Below are positions 8,823-19,535 of a DNA stretch of 64,000 bases, one piece after another. The stretch comes from an uncultured virus (IMG/VR IMGVR_UViG_3300021375_002229) (Duplodnaviria > Heunggongvirae > Uroviricota > Caudoviricetes), in the IMG/VR virus record IMGVR_UViG_3300021375_002229. One strand, written 5' to 3'. Position 1 is the stretch's first letter; the number at the start of each line of letters is the position of its first letter. A program made the translations under genes and the position numbers. The notes under the pieces were generated by a model that did no database searches, was not told where the DNA came from, and saw nothing but the letters and a program-made list of their open reading frames with translations.

Positions 8823-10205
8823 ATGACAAAAAAGAAAAAGATTTTATTACTTTCCGATGATTTAAGAATGTCATCGGGTATAGCAACTGTATCCAAAGAA
8901 TTTGTATTTGGAAACTTTGATAAATTTGATTGGGTTCAGTTAGGAGCTGCAGTTAATCATCCAGATAAAGGTAAAGAAATTGATTTAGGAGAAGATGCTC
9001 GTAAAGCAAGTGGTATCAAAAATGCTTCTCTTAAAATCATCCCATGGAGTGGATATGGAGATGCTAATATTTTAAGAGAGTTGATAATGAGACATCAACC
9101 TGATGCTATACTACACTTTACAGACCCAAGATATTGGAGATGGTTATACGAAATGGAAGCTGAAGTAAGACAAAATATTCCAATTTTATTTTACCATATT
9201 TGGGATGACCTACCAGACCCTCATTATAACAGAAATTATTACGAAAGTTGTGATTGGTTAGGATGTATTTCAAGACAAACTTATGGTATAGTAAGTAGAG
9301 TTGGTAAATTAGAATCAGAAACAATCAAACCTTTAGAAGATTGGCAAGTAGACTATGTACCACATGGTATTAATTCAACATTATATAGACCAGTTGAAGT
9401 ACCAGCTGAATTTAAGAAACAAGTTACTGGTGGTAAGGATTATAAGTTCATTTTATTTTGGATGAACCGAAACATTAAACGTAAACAACCATCAGATGTA
9501 ATTTGGGCATTTAAAAAGTTTAGAGATGGACTACCTAAAAAAGACCAAGATAAGGTTTGTTTGATAATGCATACCGCACCTAAAGACCAAAATGGTACAG
9601 ATTTAATTGAAGTACAAAAAAGAATAGCACCTGATTGTGATATTAAATTCTCAACAGATAGAATTAATCAAGAGCAATTAAATCTTCTTTATAATATTGC
9701 AGATTGTACTATTAATATTGCAGGTAATGAAGGATTTGGACTAACAACTGCAGAATCTGTTATGGCAGGAACCCCTATTATAGTAAATGTTACGGGTGGA
9801 TTACAAGACCAATGTGGATTCAAAGTAGATGGTAAATATCTAACTGCTGATGATTATAAAGAGATTGGTTCACTTCACAATTATAGAGAATGGGAAGATA
9901 AAGTAACACATGGTGAATGGGTAAAGCCTGTATGGCCAAGAGTTCAAACTATGGTTGGTTCAATTCCAACTCCTTATATAATTGATGATAAAACTGATGT
10001 ATATGAAGTTACAGATGCAATTAGATATTGGTATGATAAAACACCTAAAGAAAGAACAAAAGCTGGATTACAAGGTAGAAAAGAATTTATGGGTGAAATG
10101 GGACTAAACGCTAAGAATCAGAACCAAAAGATGGCAGATGGTATTTTACAAGCAATAGAAAATTGGAAACCAAAAGAAAAGTTTAACGTATATAAATTAA
10201 GATAA
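8823..10205 (+). CDS. Glycosyltransferase, GT4 family
   Basis: SGIA, VPHGI, NRNIKRK, NEGFGL..AESVMAGTPII. Confidence 0.9.
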   Translation: MTKKKKILLLSDDLRMSSGIATVSKEFVFGNFDKFDWVQLGAAVNHPDKGKEIDLGEDARKASGIKNASLKIIPWSGYGDANILRELIMRHQPDAILHFTDPRYWRWLYEMEAEVRQNIPILFYHIWDDLPDPHYNRNYYESCDWLGCISRQTYGIVSRVGKLESETIKPLEDWQVDYVPHGINSTLYRPVEVPAEFKKQVTGGKDYKFILFWMNRNIKRKQPSDVIWAFKKFRDGLPKKDQDKVCLIMHTAPKDQNGTDLIEVQKRIAPDCDIKFSTDRINQEQLNLLYNIADCTINIAGNEGFGLTTAESVMAGTPIIVNVTGGLQDQCGFKVDGKYLTADDYKEIGSLHNYREWEDKVTHGEWVKPVWPRVQTMVGSIPTPYIIDDKTDVYEVTDAIRYWYDKTPKERTKAGLQGRKEFMGEMGLNAKNQNQKMADGILQAIENWKPKEKFNVYKLR

Positions 10206-11464
10206 TGAGTAAACCTTTATTAGTATTTCAAGCACCAGTAGCAACAAGAAGTGGTTATGGTGACCATTCAAGAGATATTCTCAAATCACTATTTGATTTG
10301 GATAGATATGATATAAAAATAGTACCAACAAGGTGGGGTAATACACCACAAGACCAGATTAATCCTCAGACTGAGTTTGGTCAAAATATATTAAAAAATA
10401 TTGTAACTCAATTAGATAGACAACCTGATATTTTCATACAAGTATCTGTTGCAAATGAATTTAGAAAAGTTGGTAAATACAACATTGGTATCACAGCCGG
10501 TGTAGAAACTACACTTGCACCTCAAGAGTTTATACAAGGTTCAAATAATATGGATTTAATCATTACTCCATCTCAATTTACGAAAGATGTATTAGTTAAA
10601 ACTTCATTTGACCAAGTTGATAAGAATACTAAACAAAAAGTAGGTGAATTAAAATTAACAAAACCAGTAGAAGTTTTATTTGAAGGAGTTGATACTACTA
10701 TCTTTAATGGTAAATCATCAAAATCTATTTTAGATTCAGTTGATACTGATTTCAATTTCTTATTTGTAGGACATTGGTTGGCAGGTGATTTAGGACATGA
10801 TAGAAAAGATGTAGGAATGATGATTCAAACATTTTGTACAATTTTCAAAGATTTACCAAAGAAACAACAACCAGGTCTTATTCTCAAAACATCTCAAGCA
10901 GGATTTTCAGTAATGGAACGAGAGGGAGTATCTAATAAAATTAAAGATGTTACAAATCAATTTGGTGATAAGTGTCCTCCTATTCATTTAGTATTCGGAG
11001 ATTTATCTGAATCAGAACTTAATGACTTGTATAATGATGATAAAGTTAAAGCAAAAATAATGTTCACAAAGGGTGAAGGTTATGGTAGACCACTTGCAGA
11101 GTTTGCAACAACCGGTAAACCAATAATTGTTTCTAAGTGGAGTGGACATACGGATTTCTTACCAGAAGAAAATACTGTTTATTTAGAAGGTGAATTAAAA
11201 CAAGTACATCCATCTGCAGCAAATAAGTTTTTATTAAAAGAATCCAAGTGGTTTAATGTAGATTACTCAAAAGCAGCTGGTAGTATATTTGATGTATTTA
11301 AAAATTATAAAAACTATCTAAAAAAATCAGAAGGATTAAAAATCAACATAAATAAAAACTTTACATTAGATAAAATGTCAAGTAAATTGGGTGAAGTACT
11401 TGATAAATATGTAAAAGTACAACAGAAAATAGAACTTAAGTTACCTGAGATTAAAAAACTATAA
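10205..11464 (+). CDS. Glycosyltransferase, GT4 family
   Basis: SGYG, RKDVG, GEGYGRPLAEFATTGKPIIVS. Confidence 0.9.
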   Translation: MSKPLLVFQAPVATRSGYGDHSRDILKSLFDLDRYDIKIVPTRWGNTPQDQINPQTEFGQNILKNIVTQLDRQPDIFIQVSVANEFRKVGKYNIGITAGVETTLAPQEFIQGSNNMDLIITPSQFTKDVLVKTSFDQVDKNTKQKVGELKLTKPVEVLFEGVDTTIFNGKSSKSILDSVDTDFNFLFVGHWLAGDLGHDRKDVGMMIQTFCTIFKDLPKKQQPGLILKTSQAGFSVMEREGVSNKIKDVTNQFGDKCPPIHLVFGDLSESELNDLYNDDKVKAKIMFTKGEGYGRPLAEFATTGKPIIVSKWSGHTDFLPEENTVYLEGELKQVHPSAANKFLLKESKWFNVDYSKAAGSIFDVFKNYKNYLKKSEGLKININKNFTLDKMSSKLGEVLDKYVKVQQKIELKLPEIKKL

Positions 11465-11467
11465 TGA

Positions 11468-12010
11468 ATGGCTTTTACAAGACAATATAAATCATTTCTA
11501 AAACCTGAGAGAAGAATACCTCGTTCTCAGATAAGACCAAGAAATATTTACAGAATAACAACTTATAAAGGTGGTGAACCAGCAACACGAAGTGGAGAAG
11601 ATGCACGATATATTTTTGTGATTGGTATTGTTAATAATAAGGTTCATGCGATTAAACTTAATCCAATTAAACCAATTGATTTTACTAACTTTATTGGTAG
11701 ATTGAGAGAAAAAAGAATACCAATAGGTTCAGACCAAGCATTAGAACTTTTACTAAAAAGATTTTCTAAAGATGGTAATTCTTTATTTGAAACATATGTT
11801 AAGAATAATTCTAAATTATATTCTCGTTCACTTGGAAATTACAGAACTTACATTTTAAATAATATTATAAATGTATATGAAATTAGATTTGAAGAAGATG
11901 TACTTAGAAGATTATTTAATGAACCTGGAAATACATCTACTCGTAGAGAAATTTTAAAAGATGAAATGAATGAAGATATAGCAGATACACCAGATACACC
12001 TGATAATTAA
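11468..12010 (+). CDS. Hypothetical basic protein
   Basis: 180-aa ORF tightly packed in operon. Confidence 0.7.
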   Translation: MAFTRQYKSFLKPERRIPRSQIRPRNIYRITTYKGGEPATRSGEDARYIFVIGIVNNKVHAIKLNPIKPIDFTNFIGRLREKRIPIGSDQALELLLKRFSKDGNSLFETYVKNNSKLYSRSLGNYRTYILNNIINVYEIRFEEDVLRRLFNEPGNTSTRREILKDEMNEDIADTPDTPDN

Positions 12011-12020
12011 TTTTTAAAAA

Positions 12021-12641
12021 ATGAACATATCATACGCAATCACAGTACATAATGAATTAGAAGAACTAATGAAGTTATTAGATTTTTTAAATAACAAAAT
12101 TAGAGAAGAAGATGAGATTGTAATTCAATACGATGAAGGTGGTGTAACTGATGAGGTTTTAGAATTTCTCAAAATAAAACAAAAAATTCATGGTTATACT
12201 GTTGTAGGGTTTCCTCTTAACAAAGATTTTGCATCCTACAAGAATAATCTTAAAGAAAATTGTAAAGGTGATTATATCTTTCAGATAGATGCAGATGAAA
12301 TTCCAAATGAGGTAATGATTGCATATCTACCAGAAGTATTAGAATCTAATCCAGTCGATATCATTTTTGTACCTAGAGTAAATACAGTTGAAGGATTAAC
12401 CCAAAAACACATTAGTAAGTGGAAATGGAATGTAAATGAAAAAGGTTGGGTTAATTGGCCTGATTATCAAACAAGAATTTACAAGAATACAGAAGATGTA
12501 ACTTGGATGAATAAAGTACACGAAAAGATTACAGGATACGATACATTCTCAAACTTCCCAGCGGAAGAACATTGGGCATTGTATCATCCAAAACAAATAG
12601 ATAGACAAGAACAACAAAATCAATTTTATGACACAATTTAA
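12021..12641 (+). CDS. Glycosyltransferase, GT2 family
   Basis: ISYAITVHNE, FQIDADE, WPDYQTR, VHE. Confidence 0.85.
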   Translation: MNISYAITVHNELEELMKLLDFLNNKIREEDEIVIQYDEGGVTDEVLEFLKIKQKIHGYTVVGFPLNKDFASYKNNLKENCKGDYIFQIDADEIPNEVMIAYLPEVLESNPVDIIFVPRVNTVEGLTQKHISKWKWNVNEKGWVNWPDYQTRIYKNTEDVTWMNKVHEKITGYDTFSNFPAEEHWALYHPKQIDRQEQQNQFYDTI

Positions 12642-12930
12642 ACCATTGGGAGATAGAGTCCTAGTAAAGCCAATTAAAAAAGAGGAATCAAAAACAAAGA
12701 GTGGAATCATTATATCGGAATCAATGACACAGAACCAAAAAGTAAACGGTGAAGTTATAGAAATTGGTACAGGTATCTTTTCACAGAATGGTGATAGAAT
12801 ACCAATGACTGTAAAAAGGGGCGATGTTGTAATGTATGAAAAAGGACAAGGTACAAACGAGATTAAAATAGATGATGAAACATATCTTCTATTTAATGAA
12901 CATCAACTTATAGGAATAATGAATAAGTAA
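12628..12930 (+). CDS. groES: Co-chaperonin GroES
   Basis: KPLGDRVLVK...TKSGII...PMTVKRGDVV. Confidence 0.92.
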   Translation: MTQFKPLGDRVLVKPIKKEESKTKSGIIISESMTQNQKVNGEVIEIGTGIFSQNGDRIPMTVKRGDVVMYEKGQGTNEIKIDDETYLLFNEHQLIGIMNK

Positions 12931-13136
12931 TGTTCGAAGAGACTAAAAAGAGAACAATACTAAAAACTTTCAGTTGGAGAATAGTAGCAATACTAAACTC
13001 CTTCTTAGTATTAACTGTTAATGTTACAGATAACAACTTTTTAAATGCACTATATATGAACATCACAGGTTTCATCGTGTATTATTTTTTTGAAAGATTA
13101 TGGAATAAAATAAAATACGGAAAGCAACAACTATGA
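12930..13136 (+). CDS. DUF2061-like small membrane protein
   Basis: RTILKTFSWRI...YYFFERLWNKIKYG. Confidence 0.8.
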   Translation: MFEETKKRTILKTFSWRIVAILNSFLVLTVNVTDNNFLNALYMNITGFIVYYFFERLWNKIKYGKQQL

Positions 13137-13984
13137 AAATATTAGTAACTGGAGGAGCTGGTTTTATAGGAACTAACCTCATAAAAAGATTATTAAAAGA
13201 AGGTCATGAAGTGGTATCACTTGATGATTACGAAACAGGTACAGAGGAAAACCATGTTGATGGTGCTAATTATGTACTTGGTGATATAGAATCACTTACT
13301 TATTGGAAGGGAAAAGAGTTTGATTTGGTTTATCACTTAGCAGCACTAAGTAGAATCCAACCTTCATTCGAGAACCCAACAGAATGTTTTAGAGTAAATG
13401 CACAAGGTTCACAAGTTGTAGCAGAATGGGCAAGATTAAATGATGTAAAGGTAGTTTACGCTGGTTCATCTTCAAGATGGCATGACCCGTTTCAATCACC
13501 ATACGCAGCATTCAAACATATGGGTGAAGAGGTATTCAAATTATACAGACAAACTTATAATATAGATGCTGAGATTTGTAGATTCTACAATGTATATGGA
13601 CCCGATGAAATCATCGAAGGTGATTGGGCAGCAGTGATTGGTATATGGAGGAGACAAGTTAGAGATGGTGAAAAGATTACAATTATCGGAGATGGAGAAC
13701 AGAGAAGAGATTTTACTCATGTTATAGATATAGTTGATGGATTATATAAAGTGGGTATGGGAGATGAAAAACATGAAGATGCATGGGAACTTGGTTGTGG
13801 TGTAAACTATTCAATCAATGAAATGTTTGGAATGTTTAAAGAAAAGTTCCCACAGATTGAATCACTTTACTTACCAGACCAAGCAGGTAATTATAGAAAA
13901 ACTCTTAGAGAGAATAGTGATTTATTAGATAGATTGGATTGGAAACCACAAGATAGATTAGACGATTATATTCAATCACTATGA
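13133..13984 (+). CDS. NAD-dependent nucleotide-sugar epimerase/dehydratase
   Basis: TGGAGFIG, HLAA, YAAFK, RFYNVYGP, RDFTHV. Confidence 0.92.
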   Translation: MKILVTGGAGFIGTNLIKRLLKEGHEVVSLDDYETGTEENHVDGANYVLGDIESLTYWKGKEFDLVYHLAALSRIQPSFENPTECFRVNAQGSQVVAEWARLNDVKVVYAGSSSRWHDPFQSPYAAFKHMGEEVFKLYRQTYNIDAEICRFYNVYGPDEIIEGDWAAVIGIWRRQVRDGEKITIIGDGEQRRDFTHVIDIVDGLYKVGMGDEKHEDAWELGCGVNYSINEMFGMFKEKFPQIESLYLPDQAGNYRKTLRENSDLLDRLDWKPQDRLDDYIQSL

Positions 13985-14814
13985 TAGGAATAGTAGGACA
14001 GGGTTTTGTAGGTAATGCAGTTTATCAGAAGTTTAAGAATTATTACGATGTTCTTACTAATGATAAAGATGATAAGAAATCAACATCTACACTTGATAAT
14101 ATGGTTCCTTTATGTGATACCATATTTTTATGCCTACCAACTCCAATGAAATCTGATGGTAAATGTGATACTTTGATTATAGAAAATGTTCTTAATTCAA
14201 TAGATTTGATTGCAGATAATTATGAATCAAAAAGAACTATTGTAATAAAATCTACTATAACACCAGGTACCACTCAGATATTTAATAAAAAATATGAATC
14301 TTTAGATATAGTCTTTAATCCTGAATTTCTTACAGAAAGAAACGCAGTAGAAGATTATGAAAATCAAAATCGTATTATCTTAGGAGGACCAAGACCTGCA
14401 ACTACTGAATTAAAACAAATATTTTCAAAAGTATTTCCAAAAGCACATATAATCAAAACAGATTCTACTCACGCTGAAATGGTAAAGTATCTAACAAATA
14501 CATTTCTTTCAACTAAAGTATCTTTCGCAAACGAGATGTATCAGTTATGTAATAAATTAAATATTGATTATGATAAAGTTGTAGAATATGCAACTCATGA
14601 TGATAGATTAGGTAAATCTCATTGGAATGTACCAGGCCATGATGGAGATTTCGGATTTGGTGGACATTGTTTCCCCAAAGATTTAGCAGCACTACTTCAT
14701 TTAACAGTTGAATTGGGTACTATAAACAATGTATTAATGGCAACTTCTAATACAAATGATGAAGTTAGAAAATTCAGAGATTGGGAACAAATGAAAGGAA
14801 GAGCAGTATCATGA
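13981..14814 (+). CDS. UDP-glucose/GDP-mannose dehydrogenase family
   Basis: GQGFVG, IKSTITPG, NPEFL, KVSFANE, GFGGHCFPKD. Confidence 0.92.
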   Translation: MIGIVGQGFVGNAVYQKFKNYYDVLTNDKDDKKSTSTLDNMVPLCDTIFLCLPTPMKSDGKCDTLIIENVLNSIDLIADNYESKRTIVIKSTITPGTTQIFNKKYESLDIVFNPEFLTERNAVEDYENQNRIILGGPRPATTELKQIFSKVFPKAHIIKTDSTHAEMVKYLTNTFLSTKVSFANEMYQLCNKLNIDYDKVVEYATHDDRLGKSHWNVPGHDGDFGFGGHCFPKDLAALLHLTVELGTINNVLMATSNTNDEVRKFRDWEQMKGRAVS

Positions 14815-15536
14815 GTAAAAACTTAATATTCATACCAGCTTACAATGGATGGGATACAGAATTACCTGAATGTATTGAATCTTGGAAATGGTATGCTGAA
14901 AAACACAATATAGATTTAATCATAGCAAATGATAAAATTGAGTATGATTTTGAACCATGGGGTAATGGTGTTTGGGAACGATGGTTTGATAAAAGATTAG
15001 TTGATGCTGATTACGATAAGATTGCATTTGTAGATGCAGATACAATGATTAGATGGGATGCTCCTAATTTCTTTAACGAGTTCAAAGATAAATCAGCAGT
15101 AGTTGTTAAAGATGCAGGAAACTCTGGTGGATTTCATTTAAATCAATGGGTTGAAGTAAATCCAAATATTAAAACTCCACCTGAAAATTACCATAACAAT
15201 GGATTTCTATTTTTAAGTAAAGAAAATTACATTAAGATTAGAGAGAATATGAAACCTTACTATGATTATTGGTGTAGTTTTTACAGAACACAACCAACAG
15301 GTCCAAATGCAGTAGAACAAACACCAACAAATATACTATTCTATGAATTGTTTGAAGATGAGATACATTATACTGATTTCATTTGGAACAATATGGTTAT
15401 GGTAAAGTATGATGATGGTTCATTTATAAATGATTCTTATATTTGGCATTTTACTGGTCCAAGAATGGGAGGACATCAAAATAAAAAAGAAGTAGTATTA
15501 CAAATTTGGAATTACATTAAGGAAAACTATGAGTAA
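14811..15536 (+). CDS. GT-A fold glycosyltransferase (GT8/GT34-like)
   Basis: FVDADT DxD, NNGF, EQTPTN, IWHFTG; probable start MSKNLIF at 14811. Confidence 0.7.
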   Translation: MSKNLIFIPAYNGWDTELPECIESWKWYAEKHNIDLIIANDKIEYDFEPWGNGVWERWFDKRLVDADYDKIAFVDADTMIRWDAPNFFNEFKDKSAVVVKDAGNSGGFHLNQWVEVNPNIKTPPENYHNNGFLFLSKENYIKIRENMKPYYDYWCSFYRTQPTGPNAVEQTPTNILFYELFEDEIHYTDFIWNNMVMVKYDDGSFINDSYIWHFTGPRMGGHQNKKEVVLQIWNYIKENYE

Positions 15537-16272
15537 ACTACCAATATCAGTTGGAATACTTTCGTGGAATGCACCACAAACTTTAGTTGAAACTCTCACT
15601 TCATATTTTGAAAGAGAGTTTTTACATAATGTAAATGATATATGTATTCTATTCAACGAAGTATCAGATGAAGATAAAAAAGTTGCTGAGCACTTTGGTA
15701 TTCCTTATATTGGTAAAGAAACTAACATTGGTATTGGTAAAGGATTTAAAGAACTAACTGAACAATGTAAAACAGATAACGTTTTAATATTAGAAAACGA
15801 TTGGCAATTAATTGAAAGTTTAGAAACTACGATAGAAAGATTACAGAGTGGATTGGATTTATTAAATAGTGGTGTTGATGTAGTGAGATACAGACATCGA
15901 AAAAATCCAGGTCATCCTCATTTTTCTTTTAGGTTTCAAGGTAGAGAATTAGATTACTATGATGATTGGCACGAAGTTACCTCACCCCATTTATTGGATG
16001 CTATTCATTGGACTGAAGAACCTGATAAACAATTTGAAGGTTTAATAAGTAAAAATGGTGAGTACTATACAACAACTTCACGATATGGTAACTGGACAAA
16101 TAATCCTTGTTTATACAAAAAGGATTTTTATTTGAAAGTTATTGAACCATTTATGGGAGAAGGAATTGATTTAGAAAGAAAGATTGCATATTGGTGGCCA
16201 AGACAGGATTTCAAAGTAGTTCATGGTGAAGGATTGTTTACACACAAAGATATAGCAAAATATGGAAAATAA
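15529..16272 (+). CDS. GT2-like glycosyltransferase
   Basis: VGILSWN, NIGIG, ILENDW, WTNNP. Confidence 0.7.
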   Translation: MSKLPISVGILSWNAPQTLVETLTSYFEREFLHNVNDICILFNEVSDEDKKVAEHFGIPYIGKETNIGIGKGFKELTEQCKTDNVLILENDWQLIESLETTIERLQSGLDLLNSGVDVVRYRHRKNPGHPHFSFRFQGRELDYYDDWHEVTSPHLLDAIHWTEEPDKQFEGLISKNGEYYTTTSRYGNWTNNPCLYKKDFYLKVIEPFMGEGIDLERKIAYWWPRQDFKVVHGEGLFTHKDIAKYGK

Positions 16273-16293
16273 TTTAAATAAAAAAAAGTAATA

Positions 16294-16695
16294 ATGGCAA
16301 ACGTAAAAGCAAAAGCAGATAAAGAAAGTTCATCATCAGATGTAAAATATTCATTCTTCGCAGGAAGATGGCAACCACTACACAAAGGACATCTTTGGTT
16401 AATCAATGAAAGATTAAAAGAAGGATATAATGTTTGGTTAGGAATCAGAGATGTAAAACCAGATGAAAAGAATCCTTGGACAGCAGAACAAATTTTAGAA
16501 ATGGTAAAAGAAGGTGAGTTAAAAGAACTTATCGAAGCAGGTAAAGTTCTTCCTACTATTATACCTGATATCGAATCTATCAACTATGGTAGAGGAGTTG
16601 GTTATGATATTATAGAGCACGTTCCACCTCAAGAAATTGGAGATATATCAGCAACCTCCATAAGAAATCAAATGAAAGAAGAAGGTAAATTATAA
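16294..16695 (+). CDS. HxGH nucleotidyltransferase (cytidylyltransferase-like)
   Basis: FAGRWQPLHKGH and ISATSIR motifs. Confidence 0.85.
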   Translation: MANVKAKADKESSSSDVKYSFFAGRWQPLHKGHLWLINERLKEGYNVWLGIRDVKPDEKNPWTAEQILEMVKEGELKELIEAGKVLPTIIPDIESINYGRGVGYDIIEHVPPQEIGDISATSIRNQMKEEGKL

Positions 16696-16907
16696 TGGTA
16701 GCTAAGAAAAGACACATATTAAAAACAATCAGTTGGAGAATTATCGGTACATTAGATACTATGATTCTTTCTTGGATTATAACCGGTTCTCTTAAAATTG
16801 GAGTTGCAATAGGTAGTGTAGAGGTAATAACAAAAATGGTTCTTTATTATTTACATGAAAGAGTTTGGTACAAATACAGTAAATTTGGTATAAAAAAACA
16901 AAAATGA
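16695..16907 (+). CDS. DUF2061-like small membrane protein
   Basis: RHILKTISWRIIGTLDT...YYLHERVW. Confidence 0.85.
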   Translation: MVAKKRHILKTISWRIIGTLDTMILSWIITGSLKIGVAIGSVEVITKMVLYYLHERVWYKYSKFGIKKQK

Positions 16908-17698
16908 TTATATTAGGTTGTATTACAAAATATAAACCAATTGATATTCAACCATATGTTGAATCAATTGAAGATAGTGGATATCAAGGAAGAAAAGTTA
17001 TGATGGTATATGATGTACCAAATGATACTATTGATTATCTAAAAGCAAAGGGTTGGGATTTGTATGGTGGTAAATTAAATCAACATATAATCTTACAACG
17101 ATTCATTGATTGTTACAAACTTCTCGAAAATATGAAAGGAGAAATTGTAATTTGGACAGATGTAAAAGATGTAATATTCCAAAAAGACCCAACAACTTGG
17201 ATTGAAAAAAATAAAAAGAAACCCATCATGTCATTTTCTGAATGTATTACATTTAAGGATGATGAGTGGGCAGTAACAAACGCTGGAACATCTTTCCCGA
17301 TGGAATGGGAATGGTTACAAAATAAAACTTCTTATTGTGCAGGAACGATTGTAGCAGATTCTGAATACTTAAAAGATTTGTTTATTGATATATATCGATG
17401 GAGTTTAACAACATCGAATCAAGAACAACTTTCAGACCAAGCTGCATATAATGTTTTAATTAACTTATCTCAATTTAAAGATATAGTACAGAAAGTAGAA
17501 CAAGAAGAAGGATTCGTAACTCAATTGGGAACTGTATGGGTAAAGAAAGAACATTTTGGTGATAAATTATTAGAACCAACTCCAAAGTTAGAAATCGATG
17601 GAAAGTTAACAAATCAAAACGGAGACACATTTGTTATAGTACATCAGTATGATAGAGACCTAAAACTTAAAGAACAAATAACACAAAAGTATATATGA
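16904..17698 (+). CDS. GT-A fold glycosyltransferase-like protein
   Basis: WTDVKDVIFQKDP, DQAAYN, VHQYDR. Confidence 0.7.
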   Translation: MIILGCITKYKPIDIQPYVESIEDSGYQGRKVMMVYDVPNDTIDYLKAKGWDLYGGKLNQHIILQRFIDCYKLLENMKGEIVIWTDVKDVIFQKDPTTWIEKNKKKPIMSFSECITFKDDEWAVTNAGTSFPMEWEWLQNKTSYCAGTIVADSEYLKDLFIDIYRWSLTTSNQEQLSDQAAYNVLINLSQFKDIVQKVEQEEGFVTQLGTVWVKKEHFGDKLLEPTPKLEIDGKLTNQNGDTFVIVHQYDRDLKLKEQITQKYI

Positions 17699-17704
17699 AC
17701 ATAT

Positions 17705-19075
17705 ATGGCAGATAAAATTAAATTAGTTATATTCGATTTAGATGGTGTATTAGTGGAAGCTAAAAACATACACTATAAAGCACTTAATGAAGCATTAGGT
17801 AAAGAGTATGCTATAACTTGGAATGAACATCTTTCAATTTACGATGGTTTAAAAACCACTCAAAAGTTAAATATGTTAACTGATAAAAAAGGATTATCAG
17901 TTGATAAACATCAATCTATTTGGGAAACAAAACAACATATTACACTTCAGAAACTAAAAGAATTAGGTACGGATGATACTCTTATTGAGTTAATGGATTG
18001 GTTATCATCAAATAGATATAAAATTGCAGTATGTTCAAACTCAATTAGAAAGACAGTATTGACTGTACTTTCAAAATTGGGTATTATGGAGTTTATGGAT
18101 TATATTATTTCAAACGAAGATGTTGAAAATTCTAAACCACATCCTGAGATGTATTGGAATGCAATATCAAAGATGAAATGTTTACCAGAGGAAACTTTAA
18201 TAGTAGAAGATTCTCCTTATGGATTACTTGCAGCAGCTCGTTCTAAATCACATATACTAAGGGTAAAGAATACAAAAGAAACCAATTTAGAAAACATAAA
18301 TAACAAATTAACACAAATCAATATGGGAGAACAACAATCAACACCAGCATGGCGGGATGAAACATTAAATGTTTTAATTCCAATGGCAGGAGCAGGAAGT
18401 AGATTCCAACAAGCTGGATATACTTTTCCTAAACCACTAATTGATGTAAATGGAAAACCTATGATTCAGGTTGTAGTAGATAATTTAAATATAAAGGCAA
18501 ACTTTATCTATGTGGTACAAAAAGAACATAGAGAAAAGTATAACTTAGATACTTTATTAAATCTAATCACACCAAATTGTAAGATTGTTGAAGTAGATAG
18601 TATTACAGAAGGTGCAGCTTGTACTGCATTACTTGCTAAAGAATATATAGATTCGGAAAATCCATTGTTCTTTGCTAACTCAGACCAGTTTGTAGAATGG
18701 GATTCAAATGAGTTCTTATATAAAATGAACGAAACAAATGCTGATGGTGGGATTGTATCATTTAAAGCAACACACCCAAAGTGGTCATTCGCTAAAGTTG
18801 ATGAACAAGGATTAGTAACTGAAGTTGCAGAAAAGAATCCTATATCAGATATTGCAACAGTTGGATATTACTATTGGAAGAAAGGTTCTGATTTTGTAAA
18901 ATACTCAGAAGATATGATTGAAAAAGATATCAGAGTGAACAATGAGTTCTATGTTTGTCCTGTTTTCAATCAAGCAATAGAAGATGGAAAAGAAATTCGT
19001 ACCTTTGATATTCCTAAGATGTGGGGATTGGGTACACCAGAAGATTTAAAAAATTATTTGGAAAATTATAAATAA
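17705..19075 (+). CDS. Fusion of HAD phosphatase and sugar-phosphate nucleotidyltransferase
   Basis: N-term FDLDGVL/KPHPE/VEDS; C-term IPMAGAGSRF..PKPLI, VAEKNPIS, NEFYVCP, GLGTPEDL. Confidence 0.9.
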   Translation: MADKIKLVIFDLDGVLVEAKNIHYKALNEALGKEYAITWNEHLSIYDGLKTTQKLNMLTDKKGLSVDKHQSIWETKQHITLQKLKELGTDDTLIELMDWLSSNRYKIAVCSNSIRKTVLTVLSKLGIMEFMDYIISNEDVENSKPHPEMYWNAISKMKCLPEETLIVEDSPYGLLAAARSKSHILRVKNTKETNLENINNKLTQINMGEQQSTPAWRDETLNVLIPMAGAGSRFQQAGYTFPKPLIDVNGKPMIQVVVDNLNIKANFIYVVQKEHREKYNLDTLLNLITPNCKIVEVDSITEGAACTALLAKEYIDSENPLFFANSDQFVEWDSNEFLYKMNETNADGGIVSFKATHPKWSFAKVDEQGLVTEVAEKNPISDIATVGYYYWKKGSDFVKYSEDMIEKDIRVNNEFYVCPVFNQAIEDGKEIRTFDIPKMWGLGTPEDLKNYLENYK

Positions 19076-19088
19076 TTTCGTATATTTG
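19057..19088 (+). promoter_or_regulatory. Bacteroidota sigma70-type promoter (perfect consensus)
   Basis: TTTG(19057)-N20-TATATTTG(19081). Confidence 0.75.
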
Positions 19089-19097
19089 TAGATAGAA

Positions 19098-19535
19098 ATG
19101 ATATTAATAGCACATAGAGGAAATATAAATGGTAAAATTGAAAAGTTTGAAAACAATCCAAACTATATAGATTCTGCTATTGAACAAGGTTATGATGTAG
19201 AAATAGATGTGTGGAAAGATTCAGATGGATTCTACTTAGGACATGATGAACCAACTCATCCAGTTGATTTATTGTGGTTATCTAATAGAGCTCTACGATT
19301 ATGGATACATTGTAAAAATCATCAAGCATTGGCATATTTAAATCGAACTGATTTACATTATTTTTGGCATCATGATGATGATGCAACTATAACTTCAAAT
19401 GGAATTATATGGTCTCATCCAAAAATAAAACCCATTTTTGGTTCAATAGCTGTTTTGCCTGAAACTAATAAATGGGATGTAGATAAATGTATGGGAGTGT
19501 GTTCAGATAATATAGTAAAATATAAAAAATTATAA
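19098..19535 (+). CDS. Glycerophosphodiester phosphodiesterase-like (PLC-like) protein
   Basis: IAHRGN, ENNP, DVEIDVW, LGHD, WIHCKN. Confidence 0.8.
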   Translation: MILIAHRGNINGKIEKFENNPNYIDSAIEQGYDVEIDVWKDSDGFYLGHDEPTHPVDLLWLSNRALRLWIHCKNHQALAYLNRTDLHYFWHHDDDATITSNGIIWSHPKIKPIFGSIAVLPETNKWDVDKCMGVCSDNIVKYKKL

